Shown piece by piece: positions 27,500 through 39,284 of a DNA stretch of 64,000 nucleotides (within the stretch, counting starts at the first letter, position 1; each line of letters starts with the position of its first letter). Under the pieces are notes generated by a model. The model was not told the origin of the DNA, did not search any database, and worked only from the letters and a program-made list of their open reading frames with translations. The stretch spans positions 5,022,001 through 5,086,000 of the forward strand of contig CM022678.1 of the NCBI GenBank assembly GCA_012295275.1, written 5' to 3'. The stretch comes from Chrysomallon squamiferum (lineage: Eukaryota; Animalia; Mollusca). Made by a program: the position numbers and the translations under genes.

Positions 27500-28230
27500 G
27501 AGTGTTCGCGTGTTAACTGTCCCAGTCGTGTGCACTATCTACAAGAGCCGCTCTACTACATTATACTAATACTAATAGATACGATTCAGAAGTTGTCCCG
27601 ACGTTGTCTTTACGTTACTTGCCTAATGGTGCTACCGTAGTTGTGTTATCTAAAGACATCTAGTAAAGACATGTAAAGTGTTGTAAAATTGCTGAGCAGA
27701 AATATCTACGAAATGCCAACCTGGTTTAAAACAATCTGAAAAAGTATCATGTTCAGAAAAGACTGTCTTGTGATCTAAAGCGTTTTCATCCGTTGTAATT
27801 TCTGTGGCATACAGTTCCAATATGTAACCCTCCACTGAAACTGTGATGTCATGACCGTTTAGTACAGATTTAGTAAGCGCCATTTTTCTTTCCTTTATTG
27901 CTTCTTCAGTAAACTTACTAGGATAAAGTTGCAGACGACAAGAAGACTTCTTAGTAAACCACTCGATTCCGTGAGTAGAAACGTTCGTCTGCATCTATTC
28001 ATTCGTGTCCACTTTCTAGTACTGTTTCGAATAATATCCGGACGAGCAAACAAAAAAGAACCGAAGACAGTGATCGTATGCAAAAGTCTTCGAAACCTTG
28101 TTACTCATATGCCTTCGTGATAGTCAGCAAATACGGACTCTATCATTGTAATAAAAAGCTGTATCTCCAATGTAGCCTTCAGTGCCCCAAGATGGAATCA
28201 GAAACCTAACTGGATTACTGTTAGATACAG
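27500..28230 (-). pseudogene. Paralog A5: heavily deleted relic of the A3 subfamily
   Basis: DNA similarity to 16425-17290, with GIEWFTKKSSC and KMALTKSVLNGHDITVSVEG. Frameshifts and large deletions are present. Confidence 0.85.
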
Positions 28231-28443
28231 CAAGCAGAAGACCCTCCAATTATTTATTGGAAATTTTGTGTTGCTTATTTCGTTTTAATTCTCTTTACAC
28301 GACAAACAATTATCTCACTGCAGTCCTGTGTGTATGACACGGTTGTCCAAACTGAGATTTAAAAATCAAAGAAAATAAAAAGATAAAAAAATAAACATTC
28401 GTTATTTCGAAAATGAAGATAGAAAAAAGAAAATAACATAAAA

Positions 28444-28494
<51 letters not shown>

Positions 28495-29394
28495 ACAAAC
28501 ATCTGAGAATTTCTGCTTCTAATATGAAAAGCAAAACATTAAATAAATACATAAATATCATAAAATCCAAAGAATTTCTACATTTTTAGGCTACGTTTTC
28601 GGCTACGTAAAAAAGAAAACTAATTCCATCAATTCATAACTAAACAAAACAATGGAAAAAAAAAGAAGAAAGAAACGGACAAAACATGCACTAAGTCACA
28701 TCTTCAACATTTTTATTGACTGTTCTCTTCTTCTTTGTTTCCATTCAATAAAAAAGAAACGTGCATCAATTTAATTTTATTCACAGCAGTCAATTTTAAT
28801 AAAGTCATCTGGCTAATGGGTAATCAATATTTTGGATAAATATGTACCTAGAGGTACAAATTGTTTTACGTCTGTAGAATATTTCACAACAGTAAATGTT
28901 AATTTCCAATGGACTTGATTCTGCGTTTGAAATTGTCTTAAATATTTTCAGCTTTTCACAAGCGTAAAACATTTCCTAAATGATTAATAACAATGCGATA
29001 ATGCTATTCGCGTGATCACGAGAAATAAGGAGTAGGCAGGTTTTACAACAGGATTACATTCATCGTAAAAGGCTAGAATAATAAATAATATATATTCATG
29101 TGAGTGTGTATGTGTGTGAGTGTGTGCGTGTGTTCGTTTGTCAAAATATGACACAATGAGTCTTTGTCGGAAAGAATTAAAATGAATTATTAATACCACT
29201 TTAAGAAGCAGTATTTCTGATTTCTTATGCTATATCATAATAGAAGATAAAACTATTTTTAAAAAATGAACAAATAAAAATCAATTAATTGGTATGTAGC
29301 TGTTACAAACTTATTTATTAGTGACAACGAAAACTTTTAGAGAAGGATCTATCTGAAGTCTGTTTCCCTATCGGAAAATACATCCTTTATTTCT

Positions 29395-29790
29395 ATAAAC
29401 GGAATTTAAAAGTTGGACACAAACATGTTCCTATTTAATTCTTACATTATTTGCTTTCACCTACATGTTACACACAATTACTTTCATTTTGTCAACTTTA
29501 ACGGTACATTTGTTTTCAATAAGAGAACCGTGTTTTTCCTTTCCATCTTTGGTGTTGGTGAACGCTTTCAAACCAGTTGTCTGTGTAGTATGAGAGCGAG
29601 ACATAGGATTCCATGCACTTACGATATCATTTAGTAGTAATTTATATCTTAGGTCTGTATGTGATTACGACTTTATATCGATATGACAACTAAATTAGTG
29701 TTTTTTAGTGAGAGTATATGAATGTGACTGAGATACTTTTATTATAGTTCGTGACTTTCAAGAAGATAATGGTAATATTTTTTGAAAATG
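29395..29790. repeat. Inverted copy of the non-coding block at ~440-810 (a degraded copy is also at ~13360-13740)
   Basis: The shared pseudo-translation FF.SIFGVGERFQTSCLC.MRA..RIP appears on opposite strands, with reverse-complement DNA similarity. Confidence 0.8.
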
Positions 29791-31089
29791 TACTGAATTA
29801 TCTCAAGGGATGCGGATAAAGAAAATAGTTACTTGATAGATAGTAACCGAAACATAATTATAATAATAATGTAAAAGTATACGTAAATAGATAATGAAAC
29901 CCTGATGATTTTCTTTTGAATATCTACAGTGTTGGGCAGGTACAAAAAGCTCATAACGGCTGCAGTTTTTTCTGAAAATACAAAAGAAACCTTTATTCAC
30001 GTAAACTAATAAGTATGTGAGGATCCATAGGCTACTGAAATATTGATTATCCATTAGCCAAATATCGTCTTTTTTTTCATTACAATATATCTGATTGGAA
30101 TTTAAGATTACCAGAATATTGCTGTCGTGAAATAAATTACATTAACATCTGTTATAACTGTGTTTCTCAGACGTATGCTGATAAACCTATAAATCGTTTT
30201 ACACTTGGGAAATTTTACTGATCTGAAGTAAAGAAAATGAAAATATGGAGAGTAAAATGTATATCGGTTACATTTTGTTTAAATTTTCTTTTTGTTTCTT
30301 TGTTTTTCTGATTTCTTTCCTTTATTTTTTATTTTATTTTATTTTATTTTTTCATTTCTTTCTCTGCATTGTCTTGAGTTTTTCTTTTTTCTTTTTTTTC
30401 TCTGTTTTTGTTTTTTGTTGTTGTTGTTTTTAAATAAACGTCAATAAAACGTAATTAGTATGACGATGATTAAACTTATTCCTCATCGAGTTTTACGAAT
30501 TTTTAGTACGTTAAATTTTAAACCCTGCTTTCAGATATATTGATTGTACTGTTGATATCTTTCTTGAGTGTGTAAACTGAAATAACTGATTTCGTACTAA
30601 TCTCATCAAAGAAAACATCACAACCACGTGAGTAACCCGTGTATCATTCAGCAAACACTGTTCGATCTATGAAAAACAAATTTTCTTTTGATACTTTTTC
30701 ATGGAATCATTATTTAATCACGTTTTGTCATTCATGCCCTTCCAAGTGTTTAAGTGAACTTCAAAAATTACCACAGTCGCACACAAATGTAAATAAAATA
30801 AATATCTATACGATGCATGGCAAAACATAAAATACATATTTTTAACTAAAAACTTTGTCGTTTAATATCATAGTAATTTTTTCCAACAAATTAGCCTGAT
30901 TGATTCAGGATTAAGTTACAAAACCGATAAAGTTACAAAATGGACAATCTACAAATACATTAATCGAGTCTGTTCATGATTTTGAAACTTTATTACGAGG
31001 AAAGGTTGGTGATCAATCTGAAATATACCAAAGTTAGTTCGTACTTTTTTTCATTGATTTCTAAAGAGAAATAATTTTAATCAAACCTA

Positions 31090-31250
31090 GGATCATTTGA
31101 CTGAAGCCCACATGTCGAGATTACAAGCTGTCATGCAACATAAAAACAAATTATCAGCTGAATTGAATTTTTGTATACATTTAAGACAGTCAGTGAATCT
31201 GTCACATTTGAAGAGAATCGCAGAGATAGTGAGCTAGTCAAGGGTAAGTT
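31090..31250 (+). promoter_or_regulatory. Putative promoter and non-coding exon 1 of A6 (donor GTAAGT at 31244)
   Basis: Near-identical to 21665-21826. The following intron (31250-32560) is collinear with 21830-23083. Confidence 0.65.
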
Positions 31251-32022
31251 CAATTCATACATCATCAACATTGTTCACAAGTGAAAGTAGTTACTGGAAA
31301 TTTTGTCTTGCTTATTTTTTTTTTTTTTTTTTAACGATTTCATTCTGATTATAGATGTCGAAATAGTAACGGACATTAGTAACATTTTCCATAAGCTTTC
31401 TCTTCTTTTACTTAGCTACCTTAATGTTATTTGAATGCAAAGTTGACGAAAAATGCTGTTATCATTCTTAGTAATTGTTGATGTCACCATCTGCTGGCCA
31501 TTTACAAATCGGTAAAATGCCTGTAATTTATCAGAAATCTAACCAAGAGACATGTTTTTTAAATTTATTTTCTGTATATCCGTGTTGCTGTTATAAAATT
31601 ATAAGAACTTATTATTAGTAGTAGTAGTACTAGTAGTAGTAGTATTAGTAGCAGTAGTACTAGTAGTAGTAGTAGTAGTATGACAAATCGATCAAAATAC
31701 CAAGCCATAACTAGACTCTTTTCGAAATAAAGCAAAAACAATTAATCGCCGAACGTAGCAGGGCAAAAACATTTGGGCGAGGGATCTGGGGATAAATGAG
31801 AATATTTATTGCGTTAGGGCGAGAACCGCGTTAAATCATCAGGTGTTCGATAAATCTGTTTTGATGTCTGGTGTCTTTGAAGTCAGTTTTGTCTTTCGTC
31901 CCTACGACATGGGCAAACTTCAGACGGTAACCACAGTCATCAACGAATTCATTCAGTGGATATCGTTTCTATCGGAATAGCGATTTATATTTTATATTTT
32001 TTAAACAAAATCTTTGCACTAA

Positions 32023-32080
<58 letters not shown>

Positions 32081-32575
32081 TTCATTACGATGCATTTGCC
32101 GGAGTGGCCTCAGTATAGTTACGGCACTGAATACATACAGATATACAGCACTAAAAATATGCCTGTCCGTGCTTGCGATAATGTATTTCAGTTCAGAATG
32201 TTTGTTCATTTAAATTATAGTATCCGCTATCTGATACAACTATGTGATTTCAACTAACGGCTGGGAAGTTTATCAATAAATCAGGGAATATTGTAAAGTA
32301 ACATTTTTTATTTGTCATTATTATTATGCATTAAATCTAAAAGATAAAAATAAAGTAGAAAAGTAAAATAATGTATAAGTAAGAGAATATGAAAAGCATA
32401 TATAACATAAGAATATATTCTTCTCGTGCAACTTTATATATTACATTATTTTAATTTATATTATATTTGAATATTTCCTTGCATCACTTTTTCACTTCTT
32501 CTAAATTTCGATAACAAAAACAACAACAACAATAATAATAATAATAATAATAATCTGTTTTAGACTGAGTCTATT

Positions 32576-34898
32576 ATGAAGCCTGTTTCAAATCTACAAG
32601 ACTTAGCGAAACTTCTGCTACTTATACTGACAACCACGACAGCAACTGCAGAACAGTGTGGTAAGAATATCTTGATTTTTTACTTTCTTTCTCATTTTAA
32701 TAGTTACAATACTTTTATTTACAATACAATTTAACTTCACTGTATATAAAACTTTGGTCTACTGTTTTAATCATACGGTGATGTTGGGGAAAAAAAAGTG
32801 AAGGGTATAAAATAATAAAGGATTTCATTTTTCTCATTATCTTATTTCATACATCTAAACAATAAAGTTGCATAGTGTGATATGTCTGGATATGCAACAC
32901 TTATAGGTAATGGCGTTTTCAGCTGATATAAATGGCTTTGATATTGTTTGAAAACTAAAGGATAAATTTAGTTCGTAAGCCAATAAACAGCACCTTTCAT
33001 GATCCGAAAAAATAGCTATGAGTGTACTTTACTATGAGTAATAATAACTAAAACAATAATAATAAAGAATAAAAAAATAAAATGACACCTGCTATTGTTA
33101 AAAACTTGAAGACGCACAGTACAGCTTTGAGATCATTTGTAATAGTATTATTTTACTGTCGTACATTTTCATTAGCGATAACAGATTCCACAAAATAATA
33201 ATATATTAACTTGAAATATACAAAAAAAATGTATTACATCATTTATGGACCCAAGTTTCGATTTGTTTGAAGACGTTTTGGAATAAATCAAACTGCGACC
33301 ATTTATGATGTTAGCTAAGGCATTTTTACCCTCCAGATTTCTGCGACAGTCGATGGCGTAAGATTTATGAGACCGATGAGAAAGGAGCAGCAGTTTCCGG
33401 CAGCCATGAAGAGCTTTTGACTGCTATCAAACGGGCTGAACCTGTCAAATATCTAATTCCATCATTAGGAAAAGAAGGCTTCATTGGTAACTGTGACATT
33501 TCTTATCCTAAATATGATCCTTCATATTTGCTTTCCACATCATACATTAGTAAGGCTAACTGGAAAACGTTTGAAGAAGAACCGTATCACCGCCTCTTCA
33601 GATTGACCACATCAGGAAACATAAAGGAAATAAGGTACATAGTGAACAGCTTCAAGGATATAAAACACACTGAGTATAAAGCAGGAATCCAGTGGTTTGT
33701 TAAGAATTCATCGTGCATTTCGCTGCTTCTTGAACATGATCGAGACGGGAAAATAATTAATGGTTCATTAGATAAGGTGATATCATCAGTCGAATCTGGA
33801 CACGACATCAGAGAAACGTGGTACAATACAGCAACGGAACCATGTCGAAATATAAAAATTACAGAAGATGGGATCGTCGTGGGACAATTTGTCTGGGACG
33901 TAACGATAATACAATTCCCAAACTGGAACTTCATGAACGTCTACACAAACGCACACACTGCAGCGAACTATTTTTGGCCCGGTAGGACGTATATCTATCT
34001 TAGGAATATTAATATGAATGGGAGATGGTACGCCGACTCCTGCTGGAGACACGTGTTTACGAATGATGAAAATGGTGATGAAGTAGACGGATCTCTTTCA
34101 GAACTGATCTCTGCCGTTAAAGATGGACACAGGGTGAAGGTAATTATGGGAAACTTCTCGATTGAGGCAGACAACGTGAGGACAAAATCGGGACAGATAT
34201 CTGCTCAACTTTTGAATCGTCTCTACGCTGAAAAAGTCGATGGCATATTGAAAGGATTTTGGTTCTGGCAGATGGCGCATACGACAGGAACAGTGGCGAC
34301 ACTTAAATACTCGCTATTTAACGGTACTTCTGTTGGTGAAGAAACGGAAAAGAAAACAATCAAATGGTTTGTTGACACAAAACCATGGAGAAATGTTTTG
34401 TCAACAAACAAAAGCGGCGATGTAGTATTTGGATCGAAAGCCGACTTGAGAAGCGCTGTTGAAAATGGTGCTGATGTACGCGTGGTTCTTCAGATTGATT
34501 CCAGCAAACCAGCTTCAAACACTTCCAAGAAAAAGACAGGATGACTGGCGGGAAATGGGCGGAGAAGATGGAGGGCTGTGGGACAGACACGGCGGATCAG
34601 CTGACATGAACGTAAGGAACAGGAGGTCACATGAATGTAAGGAACAGGAGTGGACATTCTTTAAGACTAGCAATCTGGAGTTAGGTCCTGCTGGGGAGGT
34701 TTCTGCCGAGTTACTTCAGAGTGTCAGTACTGAAGAAATGGGATCAAACGAATTGAAAATAAAGAAAGATGCCTTCTGAAATACATGATCGTCACTACAC
34801 AAGGTGATGTCGACGTCTCTCAGAGAGGTATAGGAGTAAGCAGAAACGACGGTCACTTTTCTGTTAAATATGCCATCAAATGGTTTGTCAACTATTAA
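32576..34898 (+). pseudogene. Paralog A6: full-length gene (exons 32576-32660, 33337-34898) disrupted by a +1 indel (~34524) and a -1 indel (~34779). Either a young pseudogene or consensus errors.
   Basis: Signal exon MKPVSNLQDLAKLLLLILTTTTATAEQC G|gtaaga and acceptor ctccag| at 33336 are present. The frame shifts at acttccaaga (T-PRKR) and at gccttctgaaatac (paralogs have TGG AAA TAC). The terminal KWFVNY* is conserved. Confidence 0.8.
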
Positions 34899-34914
34899 CT
34901 TTTGAACCTTACCA

Positions 34915-34964
<50 letters not shown>

Positions 34965-35044
34965 TAGAAACATTCAATAATAAAGAAAACTAAAGTTGTT
35001 GTTGTTGTTGTTGTTGTTGCTTCTTCTTCTTCTTCTTCTTCTTA

Positions 35045-35244
35045 NNNNNNNNNNNNNNNNNNNNNNNNNNNNNNNNNNNNNNNNNNNNNNNNNNNNNNNN
35101 NNNNNNNNNNNNNNNNNNNNNNNNNNNNNNNNNNNNNNNNNNNNNNNNNNNNNNNNNNNNNNNNNNNNNNNNNNNNNNNNNNNNNNNNNNNNNNNNNNNN
35201 NNNNNNNNNNNNNNNNNNNNNNNNNNNNNNNNNNNNNNNNNNNN
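35045..35244. other. Assembly gap (200 N)
   Basis: Run of N. The fixed size suggests a scaffold join of unknown true length. Confidence 0.99.
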
Positions 35245-38200
35245 CACAATAAATGGTGACAAAAATTCTCAAAGTGCTGTATTATATGCTGATATTCTTA
35301 ATAATTTATTACTACTACTATTACTGTAGTACCATTACTACTAATAAATCACTAATATCACACAGACAACTCCAAACTGATTAAATGGAATACAAAAAAC
35401 GCATAAAAATCCATTTTAAATACATGGAAACCAATGTGAGAAAGTAAATTGTTAGTTTTATTTGTTTGTTTGTTATGTTATTTGTTCCACGCTTTATTTA
35501 TTTATATATTTATTTATTTATTTTTAGTATAGTAAAGGTCTGTTTGTGTCTGAACGGAGGAGAATAAAAAAACTACTAATAAAATATGGAGTTAATTTTC
35601 TTGTCTATATTTTTGTTTCTCTTTCTTTTGTTTGGTTCATTAATAAACTAGTTCTTTGTTTCTTATTTTCTTCCTTTTTTTTCTCTCGGTCTCACTCGAT
35701 ATCCCCACCAATACCATGATTTTGAAGAAAAAAAAAAAAAATATAATTCCATGAGCGAAAGGTCAAATTTCTCTGTGTCACTAAATGTCTAGCTTGACCT
35801 CGAGTTTCAAGTGCATCAACAGTCATATTATAATAGTGTTAAATATAGTACATTCCAAGTAACACTAGAAAACATAATTATACCATAAAGTGATGCACCT
35901 GAATTATAATTTAGTAAAAAGAAGGACCTAGCTTCGGTGAGAAAAACACTGCTTAAAAAATCTCCTCACAAGATCGCAATGGGGATCTATGAAACCGCAC
36001 AACAATACAAATGTCAAGAAGCTTCGTAAAATTACTGTAGAGAGAAAGGAATAAATTACAAAGCAAGACATTTCATAACCAGTTACCCATTTATACGGTA
36101 ATGTCACCGAGTTCCGTCAGTTTTAATAAAACAGAAAAGACAATAGAGAAAAAACAGGAGTACGCACCGACGAATGTTTGGAATTTGTTGTTTGTCTTGT
36201 TTTAGATTTTACCGCTTTTAATTATCTATATTTGATTAGATTATGTTAATATTTGTTTTCCTTAATTAATCTATGCAGCGGGGGTAACTAACATTTTTTG
36301 GGTCCTGAATTTCCATAGAAACGTAAAGCAATAACAAGAAGAAGATCTGATTAATCTCTGTCATCTTCTTCAGTCGGTTTGTTTGATGGGCTGATTACCC
36401 AAATCTTTTAATAAAATGTATCCATTTATATCTCAGCTGTGTGTTAAAATTTAAAATCAGCATGGGATTAAAGTCGCTTCTCGGGTCCTTTAATGGTTTG
36501 ACGTCTTCCCTTAGTTCTACAAAGGTTTCCTAATAGGCACAATACAAGACGAAAAAAAAACAACAAATAAATGGATTTTAGTAATTTAGACAGATGATGT
36601 CGAAAAGCATTTAATATAGGATATTTTCCCCAATATAGTATTGTTGGAGATACGATTTCCCATTGTATAGCTGTTAGAGTCTTATTTAGTAGAAATATTA
36701 AGAAAGATGAAAGAAAGAAGGAAAAAACAGAAGCAAAATGCAAAATAAAAAAAATATATATCAAAAAGAGAAAAAGGAAAAAGATGATGCAAAAGTAATA
36801 AAGAAAAACAATCAAAAAAGGAAGATGAATAAAAAAAAAGAAAATAAGACAAATGGAAAAGAAAGAGAAAAGAAATGAAGAAAACAAAACAAAATATAAT
36901 CCAAACATTCAACACTGCCCTAACACTATTTATTATATCAATCTTTTATAATACAAAGTATGGGAATAGACCTATAAAATCCTCGCAGTACTTAATTAGT
37001 CTGTAATGTAATAAACAGCAATAGAGTTAACAGTGAACATCAACAAATACCATAATAACAGTAATATTAAATAATAATAAGAAGAAGAAGAATAAGATAT
37101 TTAGGTGTTAAAAAGAGGTAAACAGAGTAAAGCATATATCAAATAATCTGATCAATTTTATTAGATTCCTTACCATTGTTCTAAAAATTAACATGAGGGT
37201 AAACAGCAAACCCTGGTAATCGAATAGCAACAAGAAAAATGTGTATGTAAACCTCCCATTGATCGCGTCATGTGCCATATCTATCTCCTACATTGTTTCT
37301 TCCTTTAAAATTTATATTTGCAAATAGAAGACGATAATATCCACCTAATCTCAAATTAAAACAATGAATCCGTTTAGCAAAACTGGTGACGTCAACATAA
37401 GAAATAATGTACCAATATCCGGATAATCTATAATAATTTGACTATGCTCAATACAGAGGGACAGGTCCAAACAAGATATTCACATAAAGTTACAAAGAAA
37501 AAAAAAAAAAAAAAAAAAAAAATAACAGAGATTATTTCCAGTCGATATATTAAGTTCATGCTGGAAGATTGCAAAACAGTTTTCCATTGCTGAGCTAAGG
37601 TTTAAAAATGTTAAGGTAACTTCTGGGCATAAGGAATCGCAGGTCAGTGGGAATGAAAAATTAGGAGAAAAAAATTGAATCCAAGAAACTTAACTGAATA
37701 AATTAATTAATCGTTTGCTTCTGTTCTAAGTTTTTGCTTGGTTGGCTACGTTTATTTTATTGATTGATTTATTTTATTTTAATTTACTTATTTATTTAGT
37801 TCAACTTTGTTTGGTTTATTTAATAATTATTCTGAGTACGTATGAGGCGATGTCGGGTTCAATGAATATATAGGTAATAAGGAACAAAAGAAAGAAAAGG
37901 TTTAACCAAAGATGCGGGTCCGATTTTATTATGATTATTATTTATTATTTTCCTCTGATATGTCATATATTAAAAAATGAAATCAAATCAATATAAGAAC
38001 TGAATTTCCACTAGTGGAAATTACATTTCAAAAATGACACAACTCCATCAAAAATTCCAAAACTTTTCTTATTGTACTAAAATTGTTTTTAGTAAAAATA
38101 TTGCATCATATTAGACAGATGTGTGAATAATTTTAAATATAAAAAAAATAATCACATTTTGCATTTTCTAGACAATTAAATGTAATTTGATATCGAAAGA

Positions 38201-38478
38201 AAAATCAGACAGCCATCTTAAAATGTAAAGTAATCACACCAACATCTATTACTCTTTAACATCTCGTTAACATCAACAATAACCACAATAATTCTTTGTT
38301 GATGGTTGTTGTTGCTTTTATTCTTATTTTGTTGATGTTGTTTATGATGATGATGATGATTATTATGTCCAATGTTTGACTTATCATCATCATTATTATT
38401 ACCATCATAATCATCATATCATTAGTACTAGTATTATTATTACACATATTATTATTATTATTATTGCAGATTGAAAAA

Positions 38479-39284
38479 ATGGGTAACTAATAAGATCTAG
38501 TTCTTGTCCAGCTGCAAAATCATGCCTGGTTGTTATGGCACCGCTGCTCATTACAAAAATCTTAGCTAAAAAAACAAACATTTTATGAAATTTTGCCAAG
38601 CTGAAACAAAAGGTCCTGAAAGACTGAATCTACTACCTGTCACATTTCCACCAGGACAACCTGGTCTGCTAGGATGGGACGGACTGGGCTGGAAAATGGA
38701 AATAAACTTTGTAAATGGGCAGATTTTCTCATTGCCATGTTGAAAAAACTAATGGTAGGAAGGTAGTTGCAATGGAAGTTTTGCCTGACAATCTTCAACG
38801 ACTCTGCAAGTCTGTTGAACGTGGCGCTTTAACCAACAACGTCAAACTTATTCTCAATCCTATTTCAGACGGACACGGAATTCTTTCATTCACAAATCCA
38901 CTATCCAGTGCCTTTCTTAATCGTAAGGCTACACCGAATACGACTACGTCGTCGTCGTTGTGCAAGCAATCTCTGTCGTTTCAGACGGCAACGTTGGATG
39001 ACGTGCTCACTTTTGTCATGTTCAAGAAAGCTTTCATAAAAATGGACGTTGAAGGTTTTGAGCATCAAGTAGTCAGAGGAGGAAAGAAATTCTTCTCCGA
39101 AATCGACGTGCGAGGGATTCTGATGGAATGGGTTCTACACAGGAACAAAGAAGGTGAAAAGATTATCGAAGATATGATGAAAATGAACTATGTTCCTTTT
39201 GATTCTCTGTCACCCAAAAAACAGCTGAAACCGGAAGATATAATGAATTGGCCGCATGACGTACTTTGGAGGAAAACAGCCTGA
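38479..39284 (+). pseudogene. FkbM-family methyltransferase copy 1: frameshifted 5' part and ~190-bp deletion removing the SAM-binding motif I
   Basis: gttgaaaaaactaa is joined directly to tggtaggaagg, so the GETPIF...DIGSHIG...VAKS segment is missing. There are many small indels close to the contig end, and the 3' half is intact. Confidence 0.8.
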
